Position numbers and translations under genes: made by a program
Notes under the pieces: generated by a model
Told to the model about the DNA's origin: nothing
The model's input: the letters and a program-made list of their open reading frames with translations, nothing else
Database searches by the model: none
Assembly (NCBI GenBank): GCA_963752475.1
Contig: CAVVYR010000008.1
Location: 512,001-576,000 of the forward strand
Length of the DNA: 64,000 nt
DNA from: an uncultured Chloroflexia bacterium
GTDB taxonomy: Bacteria > Chloroflexota > Limnocylindria > Limnocylindrales > CSP1-4
Direction: 5' to 3'
In this document: in pieces, positions 53,235-62,801 of the stretch
How the letters are laid out: each line of letters starts with the position of its first letter
How positions within the stretch are numbered: the stretch's first letter is position 1

Positions 53235-54296
53235 TCAATCCGGCTCGGCATTCGCATCGCGCTCGGTCAGCGGCAGCAGGTACTCACCTTGCGGGAAGCG
53301 CGCCTTGGTGCGCGCGGCCATGGCTCCAAGGATGAGGTACACGACGAAGTACGTGATGACCTTGTCGACCGGATCGCTGATGAGGGACTGGCCCAGCACC
53401 GCCTGCTGCAGGTCGGCTCCCGCCTGCCGGAAGGCGGCGATGACGAAGTCGGCGCCCGAGCCGGTCACGCCACCGAAGAGGCCGGCGGCGATGGGCGCCG
53501 CGATGAAGGCGGCCACCACACCTGTGCTGACACCCGCCGCGAGGATGTAGGCCACGGCCAGGTCGCGCCGGCGCCAGAGCAGCGTGATGAGTCCGATCGC
53601 TGTGCCCGCGACCAGCAGCATGGCCAACCAGCCCAGGATGAGGAAGGCCCTGTCGTCCGAGGCCGGGGCGAGGTCACCGCCCTCGGCTGCGGCGAGCCAC
53701 GCTCGCAGCGCGAGCACGACCATCACGATGACCGCGCCGATGGTGAGCGCGCCACCGATCGTCAGCTGTCGCCCTGAGCTGTTCGGCCGAGGTCGTAGCC
53801 AGCCCCAGCGCGCGAACGTGCCCGCGAGCAGGCCCACGACCACGGCCACGATGGCGAAGGGCACCGCGAAGGGGCTGCCGAAGGGTGCTGGTGCAAGGTA
53901 GGTCCAGACGACGTTGGTGAGGAAGCCCGTGGCAGCACCGGCAAGCGGCCCGGCCAGGGCAGCCACGAGGATGGTGCCGATCGAGTCGAGGTAGATGGGG
54001 ATCTTGAGGGCACTGGCCACGGCTGTCCCGAGCACGATGTTGAGGGCCATGGCCACCGGCATCAGCACCAGCGTGCGCGTGTCGAACTGGCGCGTGATCG
54101 ACTCGATGCGCCGGGTCTGCAGGTACTCGATGACGGCGTAGGTGAGGATGCCCGCGGGGATAGCCACGACCATGACCACGGCGAAGGTGTCGAGTGCCTC
54201 CTCGAAGGCAAGCTCGCCGAGCAGGCTCAGGCCGGTGATCGCGATGAGCGCGAACACGGCCAGCCCACCGCCGACCCGCAGCCACGTCTGCGACAC
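53235..54296 (-). CDS. ECF transporter S component (extended)
   Basis: LMPVAMALNI..ALKIPIYLDSIGT..LAGP..G, FGGVTGSG.D, SDPVDK; GGAGG before GTG. Confidence 0.85.
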   Translation of the reverse strand: MSQTWLRVGGGLAVFALIAITGLSLLGELAFEEALDTFAVVMVVAIPAGILTYAVIEYLQTRRIESITRQFDTRTLVLMPVAMALNIVLGTAVASALKIPIYLDSIGTILVAALAGPLAGAATGFLTNVVWTYLAPAPFGSPFAVPFAIVAVVVGLLAGTFARWGWLRPRPNSSGRQLTIGGALTIGAVIVMVVLALRAWLAAAEGGDLAPASDDRAFLILGWLAMLLVAGTAIGLITLLWRRRDLAVAYILAAGVSTGVVAAFIAAPIAAGLFGGVTGSGADFVIAAFRQAGADLQQAVLGQSLISDPVDKVITYFVVYLILGAMAARTKARFPQGEYLLPLTERDANAEPD

Positions 54297-54381
54297 CCCG
54301 TACCTCCCGTCCGTCAGAACCCTCGACCCCGCGCGCCAGAGTGCCAGAAACGGCCACTCAGCACCGGCCACGAGGGCATCG

Positions 54382-55374
54382 TCACTCGGTCGTGCGCCGC
54401 TCCTGCGCCAGCCGGCCGACCCGGTCGATGAAGCGCTCGAAGAACTCGCCGCTGTCGGCCTCGACCGCGATGTCCAGGTCCGGCTCGCGGTCCCAGTGTC
54501 GGCGCCAGTCGGTGACGGTCTCGCCCGTCGTCCAGCGGCCCTCGAGCTCGACCTCCACGGCCACGGCCTCGGTCCGGGCCAGCGCCGGATCGAGGGCCGC
54601 GGCCACCACGAGCGCATCGTGGATGAAGGCGCCATGGAAGCCGTCGTAGCGGCTGTGGAACTCGAAGTAGAAGCGCAGGGCATCGTCGATGAAGCGGACG
54701 ATGGGATCGTCGACGTCGCCCACCGCCTGGGCCAGGCGCTCGAGGTGCGCGGGCGTCATCTTGGCCCGCTCGGTGACGTCGAGCCCGAAGGCGATCGGTC
54801 GCGGCGCGTCGGTCGCGGCCCAACCCCTGATGGTCGCGGCCAGCGCTTCGGGGTCCACGCCCGCGTTCCACTCCATGGTGGGCGCCGTGTTCCCCGGTGA
54901 GCGGTAGGCACCGACCATCATCACCAGGCGTCGTAGCAGGCGCGGCAGCCCGGGCTCACGCTCGAGGGCCACGGCCACGTTCGAGAGCGGGCCCAGCGTG
55001 ACCAGCGTCACCTCACCCGGTCGAGCTCGGGCTTCGGCGATGATCATCTCCGCTGCATCGCGGGACCCGGCCGTGCCCGATGGGGCCGCCAGCTCGGCAT
55101 AGCCCAGGCCCGTCGGCCCGTGTGTGTCGTCGGCGATGCGCAGCGGCCGGCCGATGGGGCTATCGCACCCCGCGGCGACCTCCACATCAGCACGTCCGGC
55201 CAGCTCCAGGACCGCCAGCGTGTTGCGCAGGACGTCGGGCAATCCGACGTTGCCGGCGACACAGCTCACGCCCACGATCTCGGCCTCGGGCGAGGCACAC
55301 GCGTAGAGCAGCGCCAGGGCATCGTCGATGCCGGTGTCGCAGTCGATGAGCAGGGGCGTGGGCGCGGGGGTCAT
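54382..55374 (-). CDS. Nucleoside hydrolase (IUNH family)
   Basis: DCDTGIDDA, AGNV, LGPLSN, EWN..VDPEA, GLDVT, IHDA. Confidence 0.93.
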   Translation of the reverse strand: MTPAPTPLLIDCDTGIDDALALLYACASPEAEIVGVSCVAGNVGLPDVLRNTLAVLELAGRADVEVAAGCDSPIGRPLRIADDTHGPTGLGYAELAAPSGTAGSRDAAEMIIAEARARPGEVTLVTLGPLSNVAVALEREPGLPRLLRRLVMMVGAYRSPGNTAPTMEWNAGVDPEALAATIRGWAATDAPRPIAFGLDVTERAKMTPAHLERLAQAVGDVDDPIVRFIDDALRFYFEFHSRYDGFHGAFIHDALVVAAALDPALARTEAVAVEVELEGRWTTGETVTDWRRHWDREPDLDIAVEADSGEFFERFIDRVGRLAQERRTTE

Positions 55375-56357
55375 GCCGGCTCGACGCCCTTCACCTCGAC
55401 GCCCTTCACCTCGACACTGGCGATACCCGTCGGGTCCACTCCCCAGACCCAGGCCGCCGCGTCCGCATCGTCCATCACGGCGCCTCGGATCCAGGCCGTG
55501 AGCACCGCCCGAGCGTAGGTCTGTTGCGTCTCGGCGTCCAAGCTCGAGTTTCCGCAGACGAGGCCGATGAGGTCGGCCTGGTCCAGGGACCCGCAGTGCC
55601 CACCGCCCTCGATGATGCGCAGCTGCGCTGGGCCGCCGGCCGCCTCGAACATCGGCCACTGGTGTCGGTCGACCGGAGTGATGCGGTCCTCGGAGCCGGC
55701 CACGAGCAGCACCGAGGCCTCGATCACCTCCGCCGCCTCGACGGCGCTGGGCCGGGTATCGGCAGCCGTGAGCGTGGCCACGGAGCGGACGGTCGGATCC
55801 ATCTCGGCGGCCAGGATCGCGGCTCCGCCACCCATGGAATGGCCGCCCACGGTCCTGGCTGCGGGATCGAGCGGTAGGCCGGGCTGATCGTCCTCCAGCG
55901 CGGCCATGGCCACGGCATCGAGGGCCGCCAGCAGATCGGCCGCGAAGCGTTCGTGATCAGGGAAGAGCTCACTGCCCGAGCGTGGCGCCACCACCGTGAT
56001 GCCCCACGACGCGAGATGACGGAGCGTGGACTCGTACGGCTCGACGGGCGAGAGATAGCCGTGCCCGAAGGCGTACATCGCCGATCGCTCGTCCTGCGCC
56101 GGTTCAGCCTGCGTCGGCAGGGGCACGAACAGTCGCGCGTCGAACGGATCATCCGCACCGCTCCGCGGAACGCTGATCTCACGCGTCTCGACCTGGTAGG
56201 GACCCGCAGCGATGTAGTCGGCGGCCGCGTCCGTCGCTTGCGCCGTCGCAGCCCAGGCCACCGACACCGAGAGGCTCAGGAGCAGCGCCATCGCGACGAG
56301 GGCCCGGCGGACCGGCGCGCGGAGCCCTCCGATGGCGACGAGAGTCAAGCGTGTCAT
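55371..56357 (-). CDS. Secreted alpha/beta hydrolase (chlorophyllase/cutinase-like)
   Basis: GPYQV, GHGYL, GHSMGGG, GSEDRIT, GGGHC. Confidence 0.85.
   Translation of the reverse strand: MTRLTLVAIGGLRAPVRRALVAMALLLSLSVSVAWAATAQATDAAADYIAAGPYQVETREISVPRSGADDPFDARLFVPLPTQAEPAQDERSAMYAFGHGYLSPVEPYESTLRHLASWGITVVAPRSGSELFPDHERFAADLLAALDAVAMAALEDDQPGLPLDPAARTVGGHSMGGGAAILAAEMDPTVRSVATLTAADTRPSAVEAAEVIEASVLLVAGSEDRITPVDRHQWPMFEAAGGPAQLRIIEGGGHCGSLDQADLIGLVCGNSSLDAETQQTYARAVLTAWIRGAVMDDADAAAWVWGVDPTGIASVEVKGVEVKGVEPA
55381..55415. repeat. 15-bp tandem repeat (VEVKG x2) at hydrolase C-terminus
   Basis: tcgacgcccttcacc twice plus partial tcgac. Confidence 0.85.
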
Positions 56358-56507
56358 CTCCGCAGTATCACCCGGCCGCCCCGCCGACGCGTGGCCTGTG
56401 CCCGAGCCCGTGTAGCATGCGTTGACACTGCCCGCCAGCGCCACCCGCATCGAGCCCACGCGTGTCCGGGCCTCCACACTCGCATGCACATCTCTCGGAG
56501 GGAACCC

Positions 56508-57962
56508 ATGAGCCACCGCGTCACACTCATCCCCGGCGATGGGGTGGGACCGGAGATCACCGCCGCCACGCGCCGCGTCATCGAGGCCACCGGCGTGAGC
56601 ATCGAGTGGGAGGAGGCCATCGCGGGCGAGGCCGTGTTCCGCGCCGGCGACAGCTCCGGCGTGCCGCAGGAGACGGCCGACTCGATCGCCCGCACTGGCG
56701 TGGCCCTCAAGGGCCCCCTGGCCACGCCCATCGGCTTCGGTGAGAAGTCGGCCAACGTGACCCTGCGCAAGCTCTTCGAGACCTATGCCAACCTGCGTCC
56801 CGCGCGCCAGATCCCCGGCGTGCCCACGCGCTACGACGGCGAGGGCGTGGACTTCATCGTGGTGCGCGAGAACATCGAGGACCTCTACGCTGGCGTCGAG
56901 TACATGGACAGCCGCGACGTGGCCGTGGCGCTCAAGATCATCACACGGCGCGGCTCGGAGAAGATCATCCGCTACGCCTTCGAGCTGGCTCGTCGCGAGG
57001 GCCGCAGGAAGGTCACCTGCGCCACCAAGTCCAACATCCTCAAGCTCTCCGAAGGTCTCTTCCAGCGTGTCTTCGATGAGATGGCGCCGGAGTATCCCGA
57101 GATCGAGGCGCAGCACCTGATCATCGACAACGTGGCCCATCAGATGGCCAAGGACCCCGCCCAGTTCGACGTCATCGTCACGACCAACCTCGCGGGCGAC
57201 ATCATCAGCGACCTGGCCTCCGGGCTGGTCGGTGGGCTGGGTTTCGCCTCGAGCGGCAACTTCGGCGACGAGGTGGCCATCTTCGAGGCCGTCCACGGTT
57301 CCGCGCCCAAGTACGCGGGGGCGAACGTCATCAACCCCACCGCGCTCATCCTCAGCTCCGTGTTGATGCTCAAGCACCTCGGTGAGGCTGACGCCGCACG
57401 ATCGATCGAGGATGCCGTCTTCGCCACCCTCGAGCAGGGCGCGGTGACCCTGGATGTCGCCCGTCAGGCCGGCAATGTGGAGCAGGCGACGTCGACCTCG
57501 GGCTTCGCCGATAGCGTCATCGAGAACCTGGGCAAGCAGCCTTCGGTGCGCTACCCCACCAAGGCGGAGCCGCCGGCGTCGGCACCGTCGTCGCTGCCGC
57601 GCTGGGAGCCCCGTCCGGTCGACCCGCCTGACACGCAGCTGCTCGGCGTCGACATCTACACCGAGATGGACGGCGATCCGCAGGCGGTGGGCAAGCTGCT
57701 CGACGAGGCCGCTGGGCCCGACTTCAAGCTGCTCCTGATGTCGGCTCGCGGGACGGTCGTCTACCCAACAGCCAACCCGCACACCGACACCGTTGGCTGG
57801 TGGCGCTGCCGCTTCGTGGCGGCCGAGGAGGGTGGGATCGTCGACGACGCGGCCATCCTGGGACTGCTGGGTCGTGTCGGCGAGCGCATGACCTGGGCGC
57901 ACGTCCAGAAGCTGCGCGTGATCGAGGGCGAGACCGGCTTCACCAAGGCCCAAGGGCAGTAG
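56508..57962 (+). CDS. icd: Isocitrate dehydrogenase with C-terminal extension
   Basis: PGDGVGPEI, KGPLATP..KSANVTLRK, RENIEDLY, NLAGDIISD, EAVHGSAP, terminal AQGQ. Confidence 0.92.
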   Translation: MSHRVTLIPGDGVGPEITAATRRVIEATGVSIEWEEAIAGEAVFRAGDSSGVPQETADSIARTGVALKGPLATPIGFGEKSANVTLRKLFETYANLRPARQIPGVPTRYDGEGVDFIVVRENIEDLYAGVEYMDSRDVAVALKIITRRGSEKIIRYAFELARREGRRKVTCATKSNILKLSEGLFQRVFDEMAPEYPEIEAQHLIIDNVAHQMAKDPAQFDVIVTTNLAGDIISDLASGLVGGLGFASSGNFGDEVAIFEAVHGSAPKYAGANVINPTALILSSVLMLKHLGEADAARSIEDAVFATLEQGAVTLDVARQAGNVEQATSTSGFADSVIENLGKQPSVRYPTKAEPPASAPSSLPRWEPRPVDPPDTQLLGVDIYTEMDGDPQAVGKLLDEAAGPDFKLLLMSARGTVVYPTANPHTDTVGWWRCRFVAAEEGGIVDDAAILGLLGRVGERMTWAHVQKLRVIEGETGFTKAQGQ

Positions 57963-58018
57963 GCCTGGGAGTCGAAGGTCCGTAGGCTGTCCTCGCGGCG
58001 ACCCCTAGACTCATCCTC

Positions 58019-58432
58019 GTGGAAGAGGAACTCGAAGGCACCCCCGAGCTCGATCGTCAGGAGCGACCCGTGCCGCTCGACGTGCATGGGCGTCCGTTGG
58101 TGCCCCAGCGCGTGCCGGAGCTCGAGCCGACGCCGCTGCAGTCGAGCTTCATCTACCTCTCGATCGTCGTCCTCATCTGCGGCGTCATCGCTATCGGTGC
58201 CCTGGAGCTGGGCACACCCATGTCATCGCTCTGGGTCAGGATCCCAGTCCTGGTCGGCGGGATCGTGCTCCTGGCGGTCACCGTCGATGCGCTCGTGCGC
58301 GTCTGGCGCTCCATCGGTGCGTGGTGGGACGTGGACCGAGGCCGCGCCCTCTTCCGCGTCGTCTGGGTGGCCGTCATCGCGGCCTCGATCGTCGCCGTCG
58401 TGGCCATCATGTTCATCGTGCTGACGTCCTGA
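58019..58432 (+). CDS. Small 3-TM membrane protein
   Basis: Hydrophobic segments; TAGACT-N7-GTG; stop overlaps next ATG. Confidence 0.7.
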   Translation: MEEELEGTPELDRQERPVPLDVHGRPLVPQRVPELEPTPLQSSFIYLSIVVLICGVIAIGALELGTPMSSLWVRIPVLVGGIVLLAVTVDALVRVWRSIGAWWDVDRGRALFRVVWVAVIAASIVAVVAIMFIVLTS

Positions 58433-59052
58433 TGAAGCGTCTCGACGATCCCGCTTCCCGTCTGCCGGTACAGGGCTTCGATGACGGTGCGCCCGAGTGG
58501 ATGGCACCGCTCCTGCGCCACTGCGCCCGCTGTGGCGGCCGTCTCGACTTCGGCCCGGTGCCGGGCGATGACCGTCCACGCTACCACTGCACCGAGTGCG
58601 GCCACGTGACCTACGTCAACCCGCGCATCGTGGCCACGGCCCTGCCCATCACCGACGAAGGTCGTGTCGTGCTCATCAAGCGGGCCATCCCGCCGGGTGT
58701 GGGCACCTGGGCCCAGCCGGGCGGCTTCCTGGAGGCGGATGAGACCGTCATCCAGGGCGCCGTACGGGAGACGCGCGAGGAGACCGGGCTCGAGATCGTG
58801 CCCACCGACATCGTGGGCATCTATCCCCAGCCGCGGGCCTCGGTGGTGATCGTCGTCTACCGCGCCGACATCACGGGCGGCGAGATGGTCCTGACCCACG
58901 AGACGCTCGACGTGCGGGCCTTCGAGGTCGACGAGCTGCCGTGGGACGGCATCGGCTTCAACACCTCGCTGTGGGCGATCCGAGACTACGTCCGCAGCGT
59001 GCGGCCCGACCTCGACGTCGAGCAGCTCGGGAGCGAGCAAGCCGACTTCTAG
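58432..59052 (+). CDS. NUDIX hydrolase with N-terminal zinc ribbon
   Basis: CARC..CTEC, YVNP, PGGFLEADET..GAVRETREETG. Confidence 0.92.
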   Translation: MKRLDDPASRLPVQGFDDGAPEWMAPLLRHCARCGGRLDFGPVPGDDRPRYHCTECGHVTYVNPRIVATALPITDEGRVVLIKRAIPPGVGTWAQPGGFLEADETVIQGAVRETREETGLEIVPTDIVGIYPQPRASVVIVVYRADITGGEMVLTHETLDVRAFEVDELPWDGIGFNTSLWAIRDYVRSVRPDLDVEQLGSEQADF

Positions 59053-59129
59053 CGGCGAGACGATCGCCGCTGTCATCCGCCGCCATGTGGTCGCCAGCGT
59101 ACGACCGGCAAGTCCCCGCTCCGGCGAGC

Positions 59130-59429
59130 TCAGGCGCCGATGGTGAGGATGTTCGAGAAAGCGCCGAGTGCGCCGATGAACACGCCGAACGCGAGCACGC
59201 CGGCGGCGACCCTGGGGCGATCCTTGACCGAGATGAGGAAGACGGCCGCCACCAGCAGCACGGTCGCGAACTTGGCCACGGTCAGCAGCGCCAGCCCCCA
59301 GTCATCGTGGATCGTGGCCACGATGGGATTGAGCTCCGCGCCCAGGCCGTCGCGGGCCACCATCACCAGGAAGGTGGCGTAGTCAGCGACGTGAGCAAGG
59401 ATCAGGAGTCCGATCGCGGCAGCCGTCAT
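59130..59429 (-). CDS. Small membrane protein (DUF5658-like)
   Basis: ADYATF..ELNPI..AK pattern, 3 TM; GGAGG RBS. Confidence 0.7.
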   Translation of the reverse strand: MTAAAIGLLILAHVADYATFLVMVARDGLGAELNPIVATIHDDWGLALLTVAKFATVLLVAAVFLISVKDRPRVAAGVLAFGVFIGALGAFSNILTIGA

Positions 59430-59572
59430 GAGCCCTCCGTGCCCGCAGCGGGGCATCGTTCGTTCGGCGCGGGACCGGGCTCGCCACTGCTCGACGTGAC
59501 CCGGTTCGGCGACCGGGGCGGATCACGCGTCTTCGCTTCCCGCGTGGGAGTACAACTCGGATACGTCCGATT

Positions 59573-60742
59573 CTATCGAGTAGCGGGCGTCGTTCCGATG
59601 ACCCCGTCGCGGACCGGAATTGACATATCCGCCCAATCGGTGACACGACGCACCGGATCACCGGGCCAGACCACCCTCCCACCGATCCCCAGCCAGTCGT
59701 CGATGTGCCAGCAGATGATCGGCGCCACCGCGGCGAGGTAGGCGAACGTGCCCCACCAGCCGAGGAAGAGCGTGGCCGCGAAGACCAGCGTCCCGCCGAT
59801 GATCAGCCCGCTCGCCGAGCGCACGAACACGAGGTTGAGCCAGGCCAGGGCGACACCGACTCCGATGCGCAACGCGTTCCAGGCCGCTTTGGGCACCTCG
59901 TCGCCGAGGCCGAGGCCGTAGGCCAGCGAGTAGTACGGGCGAGCGTGCAGCGCCTCCGCCTCGCGGAAGGACCACAGCAGCGAGCCTGGGCCCCAGGCCA
60001 CCGCCGCCGGGAGCCACAGCAGCGCTGACGAGGCCAGGAATACCAGCAACGGGCCGATGCCGGCGAAGCCCACGAGTCCCGGCAGCCACGCGACGGCGTA
60101 CGGCTTGAAGGCCACCGCCAGCGCCAGCAGCACCGCACCCAGCAAGGGCAGGCGTACCGCGGCCAGCAATGCGACGAGGATGAGCAGGCCGGCGGTGGTG
60201 TCGTTGGAGCCGTCGCCGGCGGCCACCACGAACGCCGGCGTGACCGCGTACATGGCCAGGCCCAGCGGTCGCCCACGTAGCGCCAGCAGGCTCAGGACCA
60301 CGACGGCGGCGAGCAGCTCCATGCGTCCGGGATCGGCCAGGCTGGGCAGATACCAGAAGAGGGCCAGCGGACCGTAGGCGAACGGCGCGCCAGGCGGGAG
60401 CGAGGCTTCGTAGCCGTGGCCGTACGGGTTGCCACCGGCGAGGACCTCGCGTGCCGCCGCCTCGGTCACCGCGAGCACGTCGCTGTAGCCGGTCGGTGGC
60501 GCGACGCGTAGCGCGAGCCCCACCAGCAGCAGGATCACGATGGCCCCGGCCGAGAGCCGCCAGCGCAGCGAGTAGGCCAGCGTGGCCGCGACGAGGATGG
60601 CCGCGAGCACGACCATGCGTGGCGGGGTCCCGGCTTGGAGCAGCAGCACCAGCGCCACGAGCAACGCCAGCCAGACGGCCTTGTCGCTGGTCGGCATCGC
60701 GTCCGGGGTCGCCGGCGGTTCCGACGCCGGAGGCTGGCTCAC
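59573..60742 (-). CDS. Membrane glycosyltransferase, GT-C/GT87-like
   Basis: SDV..A...GGNPY..PFAYGP, GSND, AVAFKPY; many TM segments. Confidence 0.65.
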   Translation of the reverse strand: MSQPPASEPPATPDAMPTSDKAVWLALLVALVLLLQAGTPPRMVVLAAILVAATLAYSLRWRLSAGAIVILLLVGLALRVAPPTGYSDVLAVTEAAAREVLAGGNPYGHGYEASLPPGAPFAYGPLALFWYLPSLADPGRMELLAAVVVLSLLALRGRPLGLAMYAVTPAFVVAAGDGSNDTTAGLLILVALLAAVRLPLLGAVLLALAVAFKPYAVAWLPGLVGFAGIGPLLVFLASSALLWLPAAVAWGPGSLLWSFREAEALHARPYYSLAYGLGLGDEVPKAAWNALRIGVGVALAWLNLVFVRSASGLIIGGTLVFAATLFLGWWGTFAYLAAVAPIICWHIDDWLGIGGRVVWPGDPVRRVTDWADMSIPVRDGVIGTTPATR

Positions 60743-61362
60743 TCGTCCGAGCCGGCCGACTCCCAGGTCGAATCACGCAGCACCCGACCGAGCAGGTCGG
60801 CCGCGTCCTCGAGGCGCAGCCGCTCGTCGCGGTCGAGATCGGAGATCGTCTCGGCCAGCGGGGCGATCTGGCGTACGCGGCCCTTCTCCAGTTGCTTCAC
60901 ACCCTTGGAAGTGGCCTCGATGACCACGGAACGGGCGTCATCGGGGTTCGGCCTGCGTGTGACCAATCCGTCGGCCTCCATGGCGTGGATGAGGCGCGTC
61001 ATCGTCGGTGGTCGGACGTGCTCGGCCGCGGCGAGTTCGCCCAGCGTCCGCGGTCCACCCAGCACCAGCAAGGCCAGCGCCGAGAGGCGTGCGCGAGTCA
61101 GGCCTTCGCCCGCATCGGCACGCGAGAGGTGTCGCTGCAGGACCGTGGAGATACTGGCCAGACGGGCCGCCAGCTCCATCGAGTCCACCGTGCGTCGTCG
61201 TCGGGCCTCGGCCAAGTCCGTGACCTCGGCTGCCGCAGGAGAGGACTCGTCGGCCTCGCTGATCGGTTCAGCCGTGGCTGCGGCCAGGCGCAACGCCTTC
61301 CTGCGTTCCTTCTTGCTGACCTTGCCCTTGGCCTTGCCTTTGCCCTTGGACTTCTTGCCCAT
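60739..61362 (-). CDS. MarR-family transcriptional regulator with Lys-rich N-tail
   Basis: LSAL..L..GPRTLGELAAAEHVRPPTMTR, PDDARS, T.KG. Confidence 0.9.
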   Translation of the reverse strand: MGKKSKGKGKAKGKVSKKERRKALRLAAATAEPISEADESSPAAAEVTDLAEARRRRTVDSMELAARLASISTVLQRHLSRADAGEGLTRARLSALALLVLGGPRTLGELAAAEHVRPPTMTRLIHAMEADGLVTRRPNPDDARSVVIEATSKGVKQLEKGRVRQIAPLAETISDLDRDERLRLEDAADLLGRVLRDSTWESAGSDE

Positions 61363-61456
61363 CGATGCCCCGGCTGACCCGCGCTACGCAGCAGTGGCGA
61401 GTAGGACTGCAGGACGCCATCCTACCCGCGCCGAGCGACCGCGGAAGGCCGTTTCG

Positions 61457-62032
61457 TCAGCCTTGGGCGCGCCGGAAGCAGCTCACGATGTGGTCGTTCA
61501 CAAGGCCCGTCGACTGCATGTAGGCGTAGACGATGACCGGGCCCACGAAGCGGAAGCCGCGCCGCTTCAGGTCGGCCGAGATGGTCGCCGCCAGCGGAGT
61601 CTCGGTCGGGATCTCGGCCATCGTCGCGAAGTGGTTGGCGATGGGCTCGCCGTCGACGAAGCCCCACAGGTACGGGTCCAGGCCACCGTCCGCCTCACGC
61701 AGGCCGAGCACGGCTCGGGCATTGTCACGGAACGCGCGGACCTTGGCCTTGTTGCGGATGATGCGACGGTCGGCCAGCAGTCGTGCCTGGCGCGTGTCGT
61801 CGTACGTTGCCATGGCCCCGGCATCGAACCCGTCGTAGGCTGCGCGATAGCCGTCGCGCCGGTTCAGGATCGTGGACCACGAGAGCCCGGCCTGCGCACC
61901 CTCGAGACAGAGCATCTCGAAGAGCCGTCGTTCATCGTGCAGGGGAACGCCCCACTCCTCGTCGTGGTAGGCGACCATCCGCGGGTCGGTGCCTGCCCAA
62001 TCGCAGCGGTGTGCCCCCCGCGGGGCGCTCAG
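61457..62032 (-). CDS. tag: DNA-3-methyladenine glycosylase I
   Basis: RCDW, YHDEEWG, EGAQAGLSW, IIRN.AK, GFRFVGP, GLVNDH..C; start upstream of first ATG, possibly CTG. Confidence 0.93.
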   Translation of the reverse strand: MSAPRGAHRCDWAGTDPRMVAYHDEEWGVPLHDERRLFEMLCLEGAQAGLSWSTILNRRDGYRAAYDGFDAGAMATYDDTRQARLLADRRIIRNKAKVRAFRDNARAVLGLREADGGLDPYLWGFVDGEPIANHFATMAEIPTETPLAATISADLKRRGFRFVGPVIVYAYMQSTGLVNDHIVSCFRRAQG

Positions 62033-62790
62033 TAGACCTTCCGGACGTCCGCGGGCAGCCTCAGTTCGAAGGCTGAGTCGAGGAGCGTCGGGTCGAGGTC
62101 GAGCGCGGTGACCTCCGCGTGTCGCGTGACGCTGTCACCGATGCGCTCGGTCAGCAGCACCACGAAGCCACTGTCGCGCGCGATCCCGACGTCGATGGAG
62201 CGATCGGGCCGGTCAACGAGGACCTTCGCCGAGCGTGGATGCCGGGACCGCACGATGACTGCTTCCCGACCAGCCACCGACTGCGTGCCGACGACTGCGA
62301 GGGGACCGGTGACGAGGACATTGCGGAACAGCCCGTGAGGGTGGATGAACGTCTCGGCCAGGCTGCCCGCCGGCAGGCGCGTCAACGGCTGGTACTGGCG
62401 CGCGAACGTCGGCAGGTCGTCCTGGTCGGAGCCAGCCACGCGAGCGGGCAACGCTCGAACACTCGCGACGTTGGTGGCCGCGTCGTAGGCCGTTGCGGTC
62501 GCGCCGTCACTGAGCCAGATGGCGTAGTCGCGTGTGAGTTGCTCCGCACTGCGTCGGGTGGTGACGCGGGCGTGGCCCGGGTGCTTGAGCTGGACCTCGA
62601 CGGTCGAGACCTGCTCGCCCTTGGCGTTGACCACGCGGTCCTCGATGGACATGCGCAGCGTCTGCACCCGCAACTCGGCCTCACGAGCGAACGAGAACAA
62701 CTCCTCGATGGTGGGGGCTTCGTCGGCCATGGCCACGCGCGCCGCGGAGGGCGCGATCTGGTCCTGACCTGTGGGGATGAGGTCTGACAT
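62029..62790 (-). CDS. Hypothetical protein, LolA-like fold suspected
   Basis: LKHPGHARV..IWLSDG.T..YD and terminal DSAFELRLPADV pattern; no signal peptide. Confidence 0.6.
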   Translation of the reverse strand: MSDLIPTGQDQIAPSAARVAMADEAPTIEELFSFAREAELRVQTLRMSIEDRVVNAKGEQVSTVEVQLKHPGHARVTTRRSAEQLTRDYAIWLSDGATATAYDAATNVASVRALPARVAGSDQDDLPTFARQYQPLTRLPAGSLAETFIHPHGLFRNVLVTGPLAVVGTQSVAGREAVIVRSRHPRSAKVLVDRPDRSIDVGIARDSGFVVLLTERIGDSVTRHAEVTALDLDPTLLDSAFELRLPADVRKVY

Positions 62791-62801
62791 CGCAGGTGAT
62801 G

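Noticed and set aside
55371-57953. 860-aa ORF suggesting a large fusion protein
   Set aside because: Only 55371-56357 is the hydrolase; the rest is the antisense frame of icd.
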